Of a DNA stretch of 64,000 nucleotides, positions 39,509 through 51,800 are shown one piece after another. The DNA is from Geosiphon pyriformis uo1 (Eukaryota > Fungi > Glomeromycota), in the NCBI GenBank assembly GCA_016748015.1, contig JAAOMT010000718.1, forward strand, positions 1 through 64,000, given 5' to 3'. The notes beneath the pieces were generated by a model. That model ran no database searches and was not told the origin of the DNA. It saw nothing but the letters and a program-made list of their open reading frames with translations. Position numbers and translations under genes: made by a program. Positions within the stretch are counted from its first letter, which is position 1; every line of letters starts with the position of its first letter.

Positions 39509-42500
39509 ATGGCAGAATCAGAAAATATAGGAGCAAACCATTTAGAATTCGTGAAATTTTTGTTTCAACAATACAGCCAACAATTAGAATTAAACAGTAA
39601 TCATTACCCAACTGAATCAGTCTTCAACTTTTACATCAACAACAGAATTACTAAATGCTTAGAAGGAACAGTTAACATTGAAGCAGCAAGAGAAAACTTT
39701 TACACAGAATTATTCCAACACACCAACTTACCAAGGAACTATAGTTTTGCACCAATAATCAGAGAAATCAACCAGACTATTAAAAGGTACACTCAACAAT
39801 AATTTCCTATTACCTACACAGACAAAGATAAAAGAAGAATACAAACACCAGCAGCAACACCAAAAGGAATACAGTTACTTAGTTGGAAGAAGCACAGAGT
39901 AGAATCACCAACCGCTCCATCATATTACTACACACCTGGAAGCACCATCAACATCTTATCAGCAAATGCATTCATCTCAAATGCAATATTAACAGTTGGA
40001 AGATTCCAGTTCCAAAGCAAACAATGGAAAGAAAATTTACTAGGGCCATACAGAGCGTATTTTGAAGGATTTAAATCATGATCACCAACTCCATTAGGAA
40101 TTCGATCACTGTTGCTTTAACCAGACTTTGGAATCGCTACCCTGTGGGAACTATCTGAAAAAGAAGAGAAAAAAGAATTAGAAGATCAAGAATTTACTTA
40201 CCAAAACCTGATCACTAAAAACCCAGAAGTTGAAACCCCAAATTTTCAAGCTCAGCAAAGTCTAAATCTAGAAAATTCGGAAATCGAAACCCTGAATCAT
40301 CAAAGGCAGAACAATCCAAACCCTGAATTAAGTAATCAGCAAAACTTACCTCTGGTAATCATCATCGATCAACTGCCGATTAATCCAGTAGCTGAACCCA
40401 TATAATAGCCATTTCAACTACCACCCCAACAACCAGTACAACAACAATCACTTCAACAGCCACCACAACAATCCAACTTAGATCCAATGGCCTACGCACC
40501 AATTGCAAAACTTGACAACTTTACTGACGAAGAAGATGATACACAAGTATGACTGAATAACGTAAAAAAAGCCATCACTGCGAACGGATGGAATGATGCC
40601 TAAGCACTTCAAGCCATCCCATACTTTCTAAAGGACACCGTGGATGCATGGTATCAAAATCTAGCTGTCAAACTCCAAAACTTCAATGACTTCAAGATGA
40701 AATTCATAAAATATTTCAGCAACAATAATAGTATCAACAAATTAGCCAACTTTTTCACCACCATCAAACAAGGAAATACTGAAGCAGTCACCACTTACCT
40801 GGGACGCTTCCATAGAAACCTACGCCAGATCCAAGCAATTCAAGCTGATTATTTTACAGTGCCACAGATTTTAAACCAATTTATTAGAGATTTGCACAGT
40901 AACCTCCTCCAGCGAGTACACCCAATGCATCCAGTTGACCTCCCTACCACAGTTATACATGCCAGAGATTTTGAAGCAGCTGAGTTAGAAGCCAACCACG
41001 CTCAAGCAGTAAACCTAGTAATGAATAGATCATCTGAATTGGACTCCAAACTGAAACAATTTAGTAAGTCAATTAATCAGAAACTAGAGAGATACTTAGC
41101 TGACAATCACGCCATATATCAAACACCACAACGATGCCATAATTCAGGAAATGCAAATCGTTTCCAAAATCAATCACAGTCATCATCCTTGACTACATCT
41201 AGTCTACTGTGGCAGCCGGAAATGCATGCCTGCCACAACTGTGGTAAACAAGGCCATATTCGAGTTAATTGCCATACTTATAGCAATTAACAATCAGGAA
41301 ATCAATACAGAAATCCCGATCACTGGTTCCAAACTCCGAATCGTTATCTGAATCAAGATTAAGACTAATATCAAACTACTTACCTGCCAATAACGCAGCA
41401 ACCAATCTATTAACCACCAGTATATCAACCTTTAATTTATCAATAGCAGTCTTCAGCAATTTATCAACAGCAGCCTCCAGTAATTTATTAGCCACAGCCC
41501 CAAATAATTTATCGGTCTCAACCATCAATTCAAACACCACTCCAAAACTCAGCTATGATGACATTAGGAAACCTGAGACCCAGAATTGTTCAAAATTGGA
41601 GATTGGCAATGGTTGTTCATTAACCAGTCTCCAGCTCTTCTCACCAGAGCTTAGGACTCCATTCTCAGAATTTGGGTACAGGTGCCACCCAAAATCTGAC
41701 TTCCCAACACTATTTAAGTCTTCTGGTTACCCCAGAAGACACCTTAACTAGCAACCAAAAACCCACCCAAAAACAACAAACACTTACCAGCAATATTCTG
41801 CCAGCAATAGTCACCAATGACGAATTACTAGCCGTCATCTTCCCATTCGAGATCGAAGAACCATCAAGTACACCATTATTTAGTAAAGCTGCTCTTGATG
41901 AAAAACCTATCACTGCGATGTACACAGATGCTAAGGTTGATGGTCAATCTATCAAATTGATTCTCGATAGCGGTTTAGCAGACAGTATTATCACATAACA
42001 ACTCATGGATCAATTAAGTCACTGAGTTGATCGAGCTGCCAGCGCCAGAATTATCACAGCTGATAAAGTGACCAAAACTCCAATCGGCAAAATCAACGAC
42101 TTCCCTTTCGAAGTCAATGGTATTGTGACTCTCATTAAAGTTCTAGTGATAGAAGCCACTCAATACCAAGCTCTTGTTGATAATGACTGGCTATCCAAAG
42201 TCAATGCGATGTTAGACTGGAACATCCAGGAATTCCAGCTAACATATCAGAGCCAACACATACATGTACTGGCCATGTGTGGCCATTTCAAGACTCCTCC
42301 AAAAGAGAAACTATTGATCGAACTGGAGAAAGAGAAAGAGAAACCTACCTGGGAAGCATACCAAGTCTCGTGGGCCGATGCCAACCACAACGAGCTGCCA
42401 CCAATACTCCCCTGAAACGACAATAACAACGGAAAAGAGGAGCAAAGAAAAAAACCTACCTGTGAAACCACTATCGATGCTGGGACCAATGACAAAGACT

Positions 42501-45500
42501 ACTATGAGCTACCACCAGTATTATCATGGGACGACAACTCCAAGGGAAAGCAAAGAGAGGAACTTACCTGAGAAACCAACAATCTAACTTGGACCAATAA
42601 CAAACAAGAAGAAGCCTCAAGTCGGGAATGGAATGAAGATAAGAGAAAAGAAAAAAAAAAAGAAGAAACACCATCAATGACTGACAGTTATAATTTCTAC
42701 ACCCACCACACTCCACAACAATCCAATTATCGACAGCCAAGGCTGGTATGCGTCAATTGTGGCAAGAAACTGTTGTCAATGGGCACATGTTGTGGTGATG
42801 ATGAGGAATACCACATTGCAACAAAGTTTTACTGTTGTTCATGTTTACTTGAACACTTTGGATGACCAAAGAGGCAAGAAAAATGGGATAACCAACCTTG
42901 TCTCACTTGTGGGGAGACCCTACTAGATGAAGAGATGTGGAATGACATCCCAGGACGTAAAGGAACATGCAACGTGTTGTGTCAATACACAATTTTAATA
43001 AGCGACTGGGTAAGGAAAGGAACCCCAATAGAAGCGGCCTGAAAAAGAGCCGTGCAGCAACTGAACAGTTGTCCACACAACAACAATGAATTGTGGAGAA
43101 TGGCAATTGCCAAAATAGAAGGAGTGACACCTAAAGAGATCAGAGAAATCAAAAACAACCCACCAGAACCCATCGAGCTTGACTGGAATGCAGAGCCAGC
43201 CATAAATTCTCTGGAACCCGAAGAGTTCCATGAACACTACCAAAACTTGGCACCCACTAGAGAAAAGCAAGAACAATGGCTAGCACAGTTGAATACAAGA
43301 CTGTGTTGCCATTGTTTAATTCCCAGTGACTTTGAATATTGTGACAATTGTGACCTCCTTTACAATCCACCACCACGCATAATTTACTTGATCCCTGAAG
43401 AAGAGGAACCAATCAGCAGCTGTGTATCGGAATCAGAATCACTGATCAATCATGATCTAGACTCCGACAATGACGATGAAAACATCGGTTCCAGCTCCGT
43501 TCAAAATAACAATGACAACAAAAATGATTCCAACTCAGATTCAAACTCCAATTTAAACCATGAACAATACATTGCACTATTAGATCTCTCCAAGGAACAA
43601 GAGTTGAAATGGTATAGTGACAATGGGGAGGGTATTATGCCAGAACGTGCACATGATACAGATGCAGGGTTTGATCTGAGATATTCAGGAAAAGATGCCA
43701 TCAAATTGGAACCACATTCACACACCTGTATTGATCTGAAAATAGCACTAGAAATTCTGGCAACAACAATGGTTCAATTAGCATCTAGGAGTAGTTTAGC
43801 GAAAAGAGGGATCAATATAAGAGGAGGAATAATTGACACAGGATATGTAGGAAATATCATCGCTATGTTACAAAATGACTCAGAAAAGACCTACATAATA
43901 GAGCCCAACGAAAAAATAGCACAGGCAATATTCCTGCCTTTGGTTAGAGTGGCTCAGTTAGTATCAGTGGGAAAGAGAGAGGAATTAGGAATAACAGCAA
44001 GAGGAATACAGGGATTCGGATCAACAGATAGAATAGATGTACCAGTTAATATAGCAGAAGAAAAAATTGTTGGCCAAGGAGAAATTATCTCAACTGGTCA
44101 AGCTATTTCTATTCCACCATATAGCCAGTACATGCTAACAATAGGAAAGAAAGAAAAAGAGCAAAGACAAATTTTTAAAGCTGAAGCAAACCTTTGTAAA
44201 TCAGGAGAGATTGGGTTGATCAATCTCCACATACCAGCCAAAAGCTATAGCAGCATAAAAATTCTCATCTACAACAACACTGGTAATGTCATCAACATAC
44301 CAGAAGGAACTACCATTGGATATGTAACCACAAAAATAGAAGACCAACCACCAAACCCCATTCCAGACTTTCTACAACTTTGTGGATATGTTGACATTAC
44401 ATCACAAACAATCTATAGACGAGATAAATGTTATTTGCTTCAACCAGAACAATTGGAACAAATGAACATGGGAAACTTAGATCCACTCCAATGTATGCAG
44501 CTCAAGATGTTACTCAACAATTTCAACAACATCTTTGCCAGTAAAAATGAGTTTGGCCGAACTGACATCATCCAGCATCAGATCAAGACTGGAGATATAA
44601 TGCCAATCAAACAAAGAGCATACAGAGTGCCGCCAGCCAGCCACAAAATCATTCGTCAAGAGATAAACAGAATGCTTGACAATGGGCTAATTCAACCATT
44701 AATGAGTCCATGGTCGTTACCAGTGGTACTCGTCTGTAAAAAGAATAGAAAAATCCAGTTTTGTGTAGACTACAGGAAACTCAATGGTGTAACTCGTGGA
44801 AACAGTTATCCAACTTCACGAATACAGGAATTATTCAATGCTTTCGGTGGGAACAAATGGTTCTCAACATTAGATTTGGACAGTGGTTACTGGCAAGTAG
44901 CCATGAATTCAGCTGACAAAGAGAAGACAGCATTTACTACTAGAGAAGGGAATTTCGAATTTGAAGTAATGCCATTTGGCTTAACCAATGCTCCAGCAAC
45001 TTTCCAATGGCTAATGGAAATCATTTATACTGGCTTATTGTGGAAATCAGTAGTTGTATACTTGGACAACACCAATGTATTCTCAAAAACGTTTGATGAT
45101 CATCTTCATCATCTTCAACAAGTGTTCGAAAGACTAAGAAAAGCAGGACTAAAGTTAAATGCAACAAAGTGCTTCTTCGGTAAGACAGAACTAAAATTCT
45201 TAGGACACATAGTCAGCAAAGACAGCATCAAAATGGATCCAGAGAAAATAGAGATAGTAAAAAACTTTTCAGTGCCAACCAATATGACAGAACTGAAATC
45301 ATTCTTGGGATTTGCCAGCTACTATTAACATTTTATCAAGAACTTTTCCAAGATAGCACAGCCACTCAACCAACTGCAAAACAAAAATACAAAATATGAA
45401 TGGACTGAAAGTCAACAAGAAGCTTTTGATATTCTAAAAAAAAAGCTTATACAAGCTTCAGTACTGATCTATCCAGATCACAGTAAAACATTTATTATCA

Positions 45501-47308
45501 CCACAGATGCATCCAGCCAGGCATTAAGAGCAGTACTATCTCAAAAAGGACCAGACGGCAGAGAACATCCAGTGGCATATGCCAGCAAAGGTTTAACACT
45601 AGCTGAAAAGAACTATGGAACACCAGAAAAAGAACACTTAGCAATATACTGGTCAGTCATGAAATGGAAAGAATATTTGAGCCAGAAGTTTGAAGTGTAC
45701 ACAGATCACAAAGGATTAACATCACTTCAAAAACAAGAATTTGGAGATAGAAGACAGTCAAAATGGAAAATGGCACTTGCACCATATAAGTATACTATAC
45801 ATTATAAAAAAGAAAAAAACAACAAAAATGCGGATGGTTTATCACAAATGAGACAAATCTAAGAACATTTCAATCCAAAAATATAACAAAACCAGAACAA
45901 TACCAACAGAAAAATACAACAAAAGATTAACATACAAAAATATCAACAATTACAATATTATATAAACACTTAACAGTTCAAGGAGAATTTATCTCAAATG
46001 GAACAAAAGAGTATCAAACAACAATCAAAATATTTTATCACTCACCAAAATATACTTTATTGGAAAAATAGAAGGGATCCAGATCAACCAACCAGAGTAA
46101 TTACAGAGCCAGAAAAAGAGACAATATTATTCAACATGCACTCAAATCTAACAGCAGGACATTTTCACAAAGAAACAACCATGGAAAGAACCAAAAAGAG
46201 ATACTATTGGCCATCAATGTACCCAGACATCATTCAATATGTTCAAAATTGTGATGCTTGTCAGCAAAGAAGAGGAACAAGACCCAGTAAACCATTAAGA
46301 CCAATCAAAGTGGGACAACTATTTGACCGTATTGGAATTAATTTAGTCAGACCATTAACAATCACTAGCAGAGGAAACAGATACATAGTGGTAGCTATGG
46401 ATTATTTCACTAAATGGCCAAAGACAAAAGCAATTCAAAGAGCGGATACAGAATCTGTTGCCAAATTCATTCATCAGGATTTGATTTGTCGACATGAATG
46501 TCCAAAAGAATTATTATCAGACCAAGGAACTCATTTTGTGAACAAAACATTAACAGAATTGAGCCAAAGATTCGGAATCAAGAGACTATTATCATTACCA
46601 TACCATCCACAAACCAACAAATTAGTAGAAAGATTCAATAGAACACTGTGTGAAGCAATAGCTAAGTTCAGCCAAGAAAACCAGAATGATTGGGATTTGT
46701 TCATACCATCAGTACTATTTGCTTATCAAACAATGAAACAAGATACTACACAAGCAATACCATTTAAATTAATATATGGGAGAACAGCAACATTACCAGT
46801 AGAGAGAGAAATTAATACATATCCAGCTGAACCAATAACAGAAGAAAATTTTCAAGAAACATTGCTGAGAAGAACATATGACTTAATGGAAACATTGGAA
46901 AACAAATGAAGAAGAGCAGCTGATAATATTCAAAAGTCACAAGAAAAACAAAAAGAAAGACATGATAGTCAACTACCAGACAAACCAGTTGAATTCAAGA
47001 TTGGAAACAAAGTATTACTACATCATACCAAAGCAAAAAAACAATGGAGTGGAAAATTCGACCCCAAATAGGATGGACCATTTCACATAGAAGAAATTCT
47101 AGGAAATAGAGCTTACAAATTAAGATTGGATAACAAAATTTTAACCAAAGCAGCACATGGAGATCGACTAAAGCCATATTGCGACATCACACTACCATCT
47201 ACCAGTAATATTCCACAATTAGGAGTACAGAGAATATTAGTCTAACTAGATGAGATTTCACGAGATTTGGAACCAATAGTTATTATTAACAACAACACAT
47301 TAAATTGA
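39509..47308 (+). pseudogene. Inner Gypsy gag-pol (N-terminal extension, capsid, CCHC, protease, Cys-rich domain, dUTPase, RT, RNase H, integrase with GPF module)
   Basis: ORF pieces starting at 39509, 40640, 41672, 42068, 42677, 43052, 45572 and 45998 all share one frame; motifs CHNCGKQGHIRVNC, LILDSG, FCVDYRKLN, YLDN (from YLDD), TDAS, H..GH...CDAC, YHPQTN, GPF. Confidence 0.93.
43637..44026 (+). CDS. dUTPase domain within the inner Gypsy pol
   Basis: All five trimeric dUTPase motifs: AGFDL, RSSLA, GIIDTGYVG, KIAQ, RGIQGFGST. Confidence 0.93.
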
Positions 47309-47332
47309 TCAATCAAAAGAATATATAAAGAC

Positions 47333-47992
47333 ATGATAGACACAACAGGAAATATCAGAAAAATGGAAATTACAGACAATATTTACACATTAGCACAACA
47401 ACTCTTTCAATTAATCCAACACCAGGAAATGGAAATTACAATCAACCAACAAACCATTTGATATCAAGATACTAGAAAGACATTGCAACTCAGAACACCA
47501 AAAAAAACTAAAGATATGGTGAACAAAATTATGGCGAAAGTAAAATTAGCAATAAAAAAATTGACAAAAGAGTCACTATATCAAGAGTTAACTAAAGAAA
47601 CTTGGAATTGGTGAATACAACAATTTCCAAGAAACTATTGTTATTTTTACTTGGAACAACACATAAATATCCAGAATCTATATACGGATAAAACAAAGCA
47701 ATTATTCAACAAAAGAATACTACAACAATTAGAACATTTTGTAAGAAAGAACAACTTATCCACACAAGCCCAAGCCATATACTGAATACACACAGCATTT
47801 TAGGATAAACCAGAAATATTGCTCAACAAAACAATGGATATGGTCACCAGTAATCAATTGGGAAAAATCACCAATGCTTAATTTGAAGAAATACAGACCT
47901 AAATAACACAAGTAATTCTCAAAAACAAAATCCAGGAAATACTTCAAGAGGGAGAATTACATGAGTTAGATTTCGACAGAGCTCAATATTAA
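47333..47992 (+). pseudogene. ORF3 of the inner Gypsy, unknown function
   Basis: 219 codons, no frameshift, 6 internal stops; homologous to 54864-55598. Confidence 0.75.
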
Positions 47993-48002
47993 AAGGAGGG
48001 AA
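47991..48002 (+). promoter_or_regulatory. Polypurine tract of the inner Gypsy
   Basis: AAAAGGAGGGAA just before the 3' LTR. Confidence 0.88.
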
Positions 48003-48005
48003 TAA

Positions 48006-48856
48006 TGTTACTCATAGAAATATAGGAAATATATTAGCATAATTATTAGCCAATCAGAAGTAAGCATAGTAAATATGGAATTCCAGGATTCCTCTCAGGA
48101 ATTGCAAGATTCCAGGAATTTCAGGATTCCCCAACGAGGAATTACAGGATTTCAGAATTCCAGGATTTTTCTCAAAGGAATCACAGGATTCCAGAAATTC
48201 CAGGATTCTTGTCATGAAAAATTGAGGAATTGAGAAATCTCAATTATGTATATATAATGGTAGTGTTAGAAACAGAAAAAACAGAATCGATACCACAGAA
48301 TCTTTAGCCTAAAAACAAAAATCATCAAATAAATAATTATTCTATATCTCAATCCACTCTCCACTATCAACACTTCATGTTGATAATAAGTGATACTTAA
48401 CCATACTGGAACAATAGCTCTTGATCACGGCTATTAATGGAATACTAATCTGCAAATTGCCTTGGCTTATTTCTTTTCTTTCTTTATTTTTCTCTTATTT
48501 TTCTTTATTTTATTTTGATTTATTATTGTGCACTAACCCATTGATTGAAAAGTGCTGATTACTGACATCAAGAATTGCCTGGTAAAAAACCCCTGCGAGA
48601 GGGTAGGACATGTACAGAAAATACAGATTACTTACCAGAAGATTGCCAGCTACCAAGCCGAGAAAAGAATTGACAGACTTGCGAGTCTGGGAAGCTACAG
48701 ATAAAACAACTATTGAATCTCTGTTCATTATACAAAGAACTCCATCAAAACCTTCAGATACAATGCTCGCAGAACCTCATCAACGGAAGTAGCTTCATGA
48801 GCACCAAGTTACAGGTTTGTTATTTACTTCAACAGCAGAAATAATCTCCTGTAACA
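48006..48856 (+). repeat. 3' LTR of the inner Gypsy
   Basis: Collinear with, and the same length as, 38599-39449. Confidence 0.96.
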
Positions 48857-48860
48857 CTGC

Positions 48861-51800
48861 CATCCAACCAATTTACAAGATGTCATCACTCTCACTCGTG
48901 ATTTTGAGTCTGCAGAACAAGAAGCAAACCATACCCAAGCCATCAATTTAGTCATTAATAGAACCTCTGACATTGACACAAAGATAACCCAATTGAGTAA
49001 GAAACTAACTCAGAAAATTGAGGGATTCTTAGCCAGAACTACAGGAACCTATCAACCATCACAACAGAGAGAAAATAACAACAACAGATACCCACAGCAA
49101 CAGAACCGTCAGCAACAGCAACAACCCTAGAGAACCAATCCCCACAACTGTTACTACTGCCAAAAACCTAAACATATTGCGTGAGACTGCAGAAAGAAGA
49201 TCATAGACCAAAATCTAAGAAACCAATACCAGCAACCAAGATATTAGCAAAGCATGGTATTTCAATATCTCATACCTCAAAATCAACCACTCCAATATGC
49301 ACAACAAGTCCTGTATACTCAACCACTGCCCCAGAATTATTATCAACCATCACTAATAATACAAGCAATCCCTTACTATCAAACTCTTCTTTACAGTCAG
49401 CCCAGATCTCGAGCTATAGACTATAATCAGGGATGGAGAAATCCCAACAACAATCAGACACAAACCAGCAGTGGACCATTTTGACCAATTTCTCGTGGTC
49501 CTGTCCAATCTCGACTAGTACCAACTGGATACCCGAATCAAGCTTCCTATCTCAGTTTCACAGAAGACCAGAGTTTGGATAAATCTACACCTGTGGGAGG
49601 GAGAGATGTAAAACAAATCTCCCAACCTTCCAAGCAAATAAAAAACAATATCCCACCAGCCACTATTACCGAGGACACCACCCTAGCTACCATATTTCCT
49701 TTTGACATCAATAATTTAAACACCTATAGCCTTTTTAATGGAGCAGCCATCAATCAGGATAAACCAATAATGGTCTTATACACTGATGCCAAAGTCAGAA
49801 GAGTAAACATTAAATTAATCTTGGATAGCGGATCAGCCAGTAGCATAATTATGAAGCAGCTCATGGACCAACTAGGTCGCCGAGTAGACCATACTGCTAC
49901 CACCTAGATCATTACAGTAGATGGAAACACAAAAACCCTGATAGGAAAAATTGACAACTTCTCCTTTAAGATTAATGGAATTCAGATCTCTACCAAAGTA
50001 CTTGTCATAAAAACCACTCAATATCAAGCTCTAGTGAAAAACAATTGGTTGTCAAAAGCCAACATTACTCTTGACTGGAACACTCAAGAACTTCAACTCA
50101 CATTTAACAAACAGCATGCCTGAGTTCCAGCTATGTGCAGACACTTTAAAACCCAATGTACTAAGGAACTCCTTATTGAATTTGAAAACACACCACTGCC
50201 ACCAACTATCGAGACCTATCAGGTTTCATAAGTGGATGATTATTGAACTAAACTACTCCCACCACCAACCTGGGAAGAAAAAAGAAAAGGCAGAGCAGAA
50301 GAAAAACCCTAATTGTCATTACTAGAATACATAACTTCAGACCAAAAAAACTTATTTTATCAACCTCCAAGACTCATATGTGTCGATTGTGGAAAAAAGC
50401 TATCCACTATGGGCACATATATCGGAGACAATGAAAAATGGCCCACTGCCACCAAATACTACTGCAGACCTTGTGTACTAGAAAAATTTGGACAACCAAA
50501 ATGACAAGGCAAGTGAAACAACATGCTGTGCCTCACATGTGACAAGATCTTGCCTGATGAAGAACTCTGAAATAATGTGCTTGGCAGAAGAAGAAGATGT
50601 AACAAGGCTTGTCAATATACCATATTAATCAAAGATTGGATACAAAAAAGAACCCCCATTGAGGACACTTGGAAATGAGCACTCAATAGGCTGGACAGTT
50701 ATCTACACAATAACCACGAAATCTGGAGAATGACAAGTGCCAAAGCCAAAGGCGCCACACCCGAAAAGATATGAGAAATTAAGGACAACCCTTGGATGCC
50801 CGAATATAATAAACCTGACTACCCCACAGATGATTTCTTCACAGATGACCCAGATGCATTTTAGAACTGATATCAAGAATTGGCCCCAACTTGCAAAAAA
50901 CAAAAGCAAAGGTTGGCCAATTTGAATAACAAGCTGTGCAATCACTGTTTGATCTCCTGTCACTTCCAGTACTATGATGAATGTGATCTTATATTTAATC
51001 TGTCTCCAAGAATACTGTTTTCAATCACTGAACTACCTGAGCCCAAAGAAAAAGAGGTATTGATCACTGAGAACATATTGTTTTAAGATCCAACTGAGGA
51101 TACTGAAACAGAACAGTATCTTATGTATTCCGATCTATCCAAAGAACTAGAGCTAAAATGGTACAGTGACAACGAGAAAGAAATCTGCCCCAAAAGAGCA
51201 CATGATACCAATGCTGGTTTTGACCTATGATACTCCAGGCAATTACCCATTATTATAGCCTTACATTCTTTTGTAAAAATAGATTTTAAGATAGTGTTAG
51301 AAATTTCTGTTAGTACAATGATACAAGTTGCCTTTCGATCTAGTCTAGCCAAGAAAAAAATTAACATAAAAGGAGAAATCATCAATGCTGGTTATATGAG
51401 AAACATCATCATAATGCTACAGAACAATTCAGACAGACCCTACAAAATAGAATCACAAGAAAAAATTGCCCAAGCTATTTTCCTACCCCTAGTCAAAATA
51501 TTCCAATTGACTCTGGTAACAACTTAAAAAGAATTAAGCCTCACTGCCTGAAGAATCAACGGATTTGAATCAAGTGGAAGAGAAAATGTACCAGTTAATT
51601 TCACAGAGAAAGACAGTGACCAGGTAGAATTTATCTACACTGACACTATTATCTCCATTCTCCTGTATTGACAATACATCCTTAAGATAAATTGAAAGAT
51701 CCAAGATCAAGTTCTGTTATTCAGAACCAGTCCCAAAATCTGTTTTTTAGCCAATGTTGCTAATTTATATCTACCAGCCAAAGCTTATAAACACTTCAAA

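Larger units (their letters stand above)
38599..48856 (+). mobile_element. Inner Ty3/Gypsy LTR retrotransposon (10.26 kb), structurally complete, dUTPase-encoding
   Basis: 851-bp LTRs at 38599-39449 and 48006-48856; TSD CCGC/CTGC; removing it restores outer gag R-S-V-K-P-R-H-P-T-N-L-Q-D. Confidence 0.97.

Noticed and set aside
47000-47310. Chromodomain at the integrase C-terminus
   Set aside because: Only a GPF module and a short tail are visible; no chromodomain aromatic pattern.
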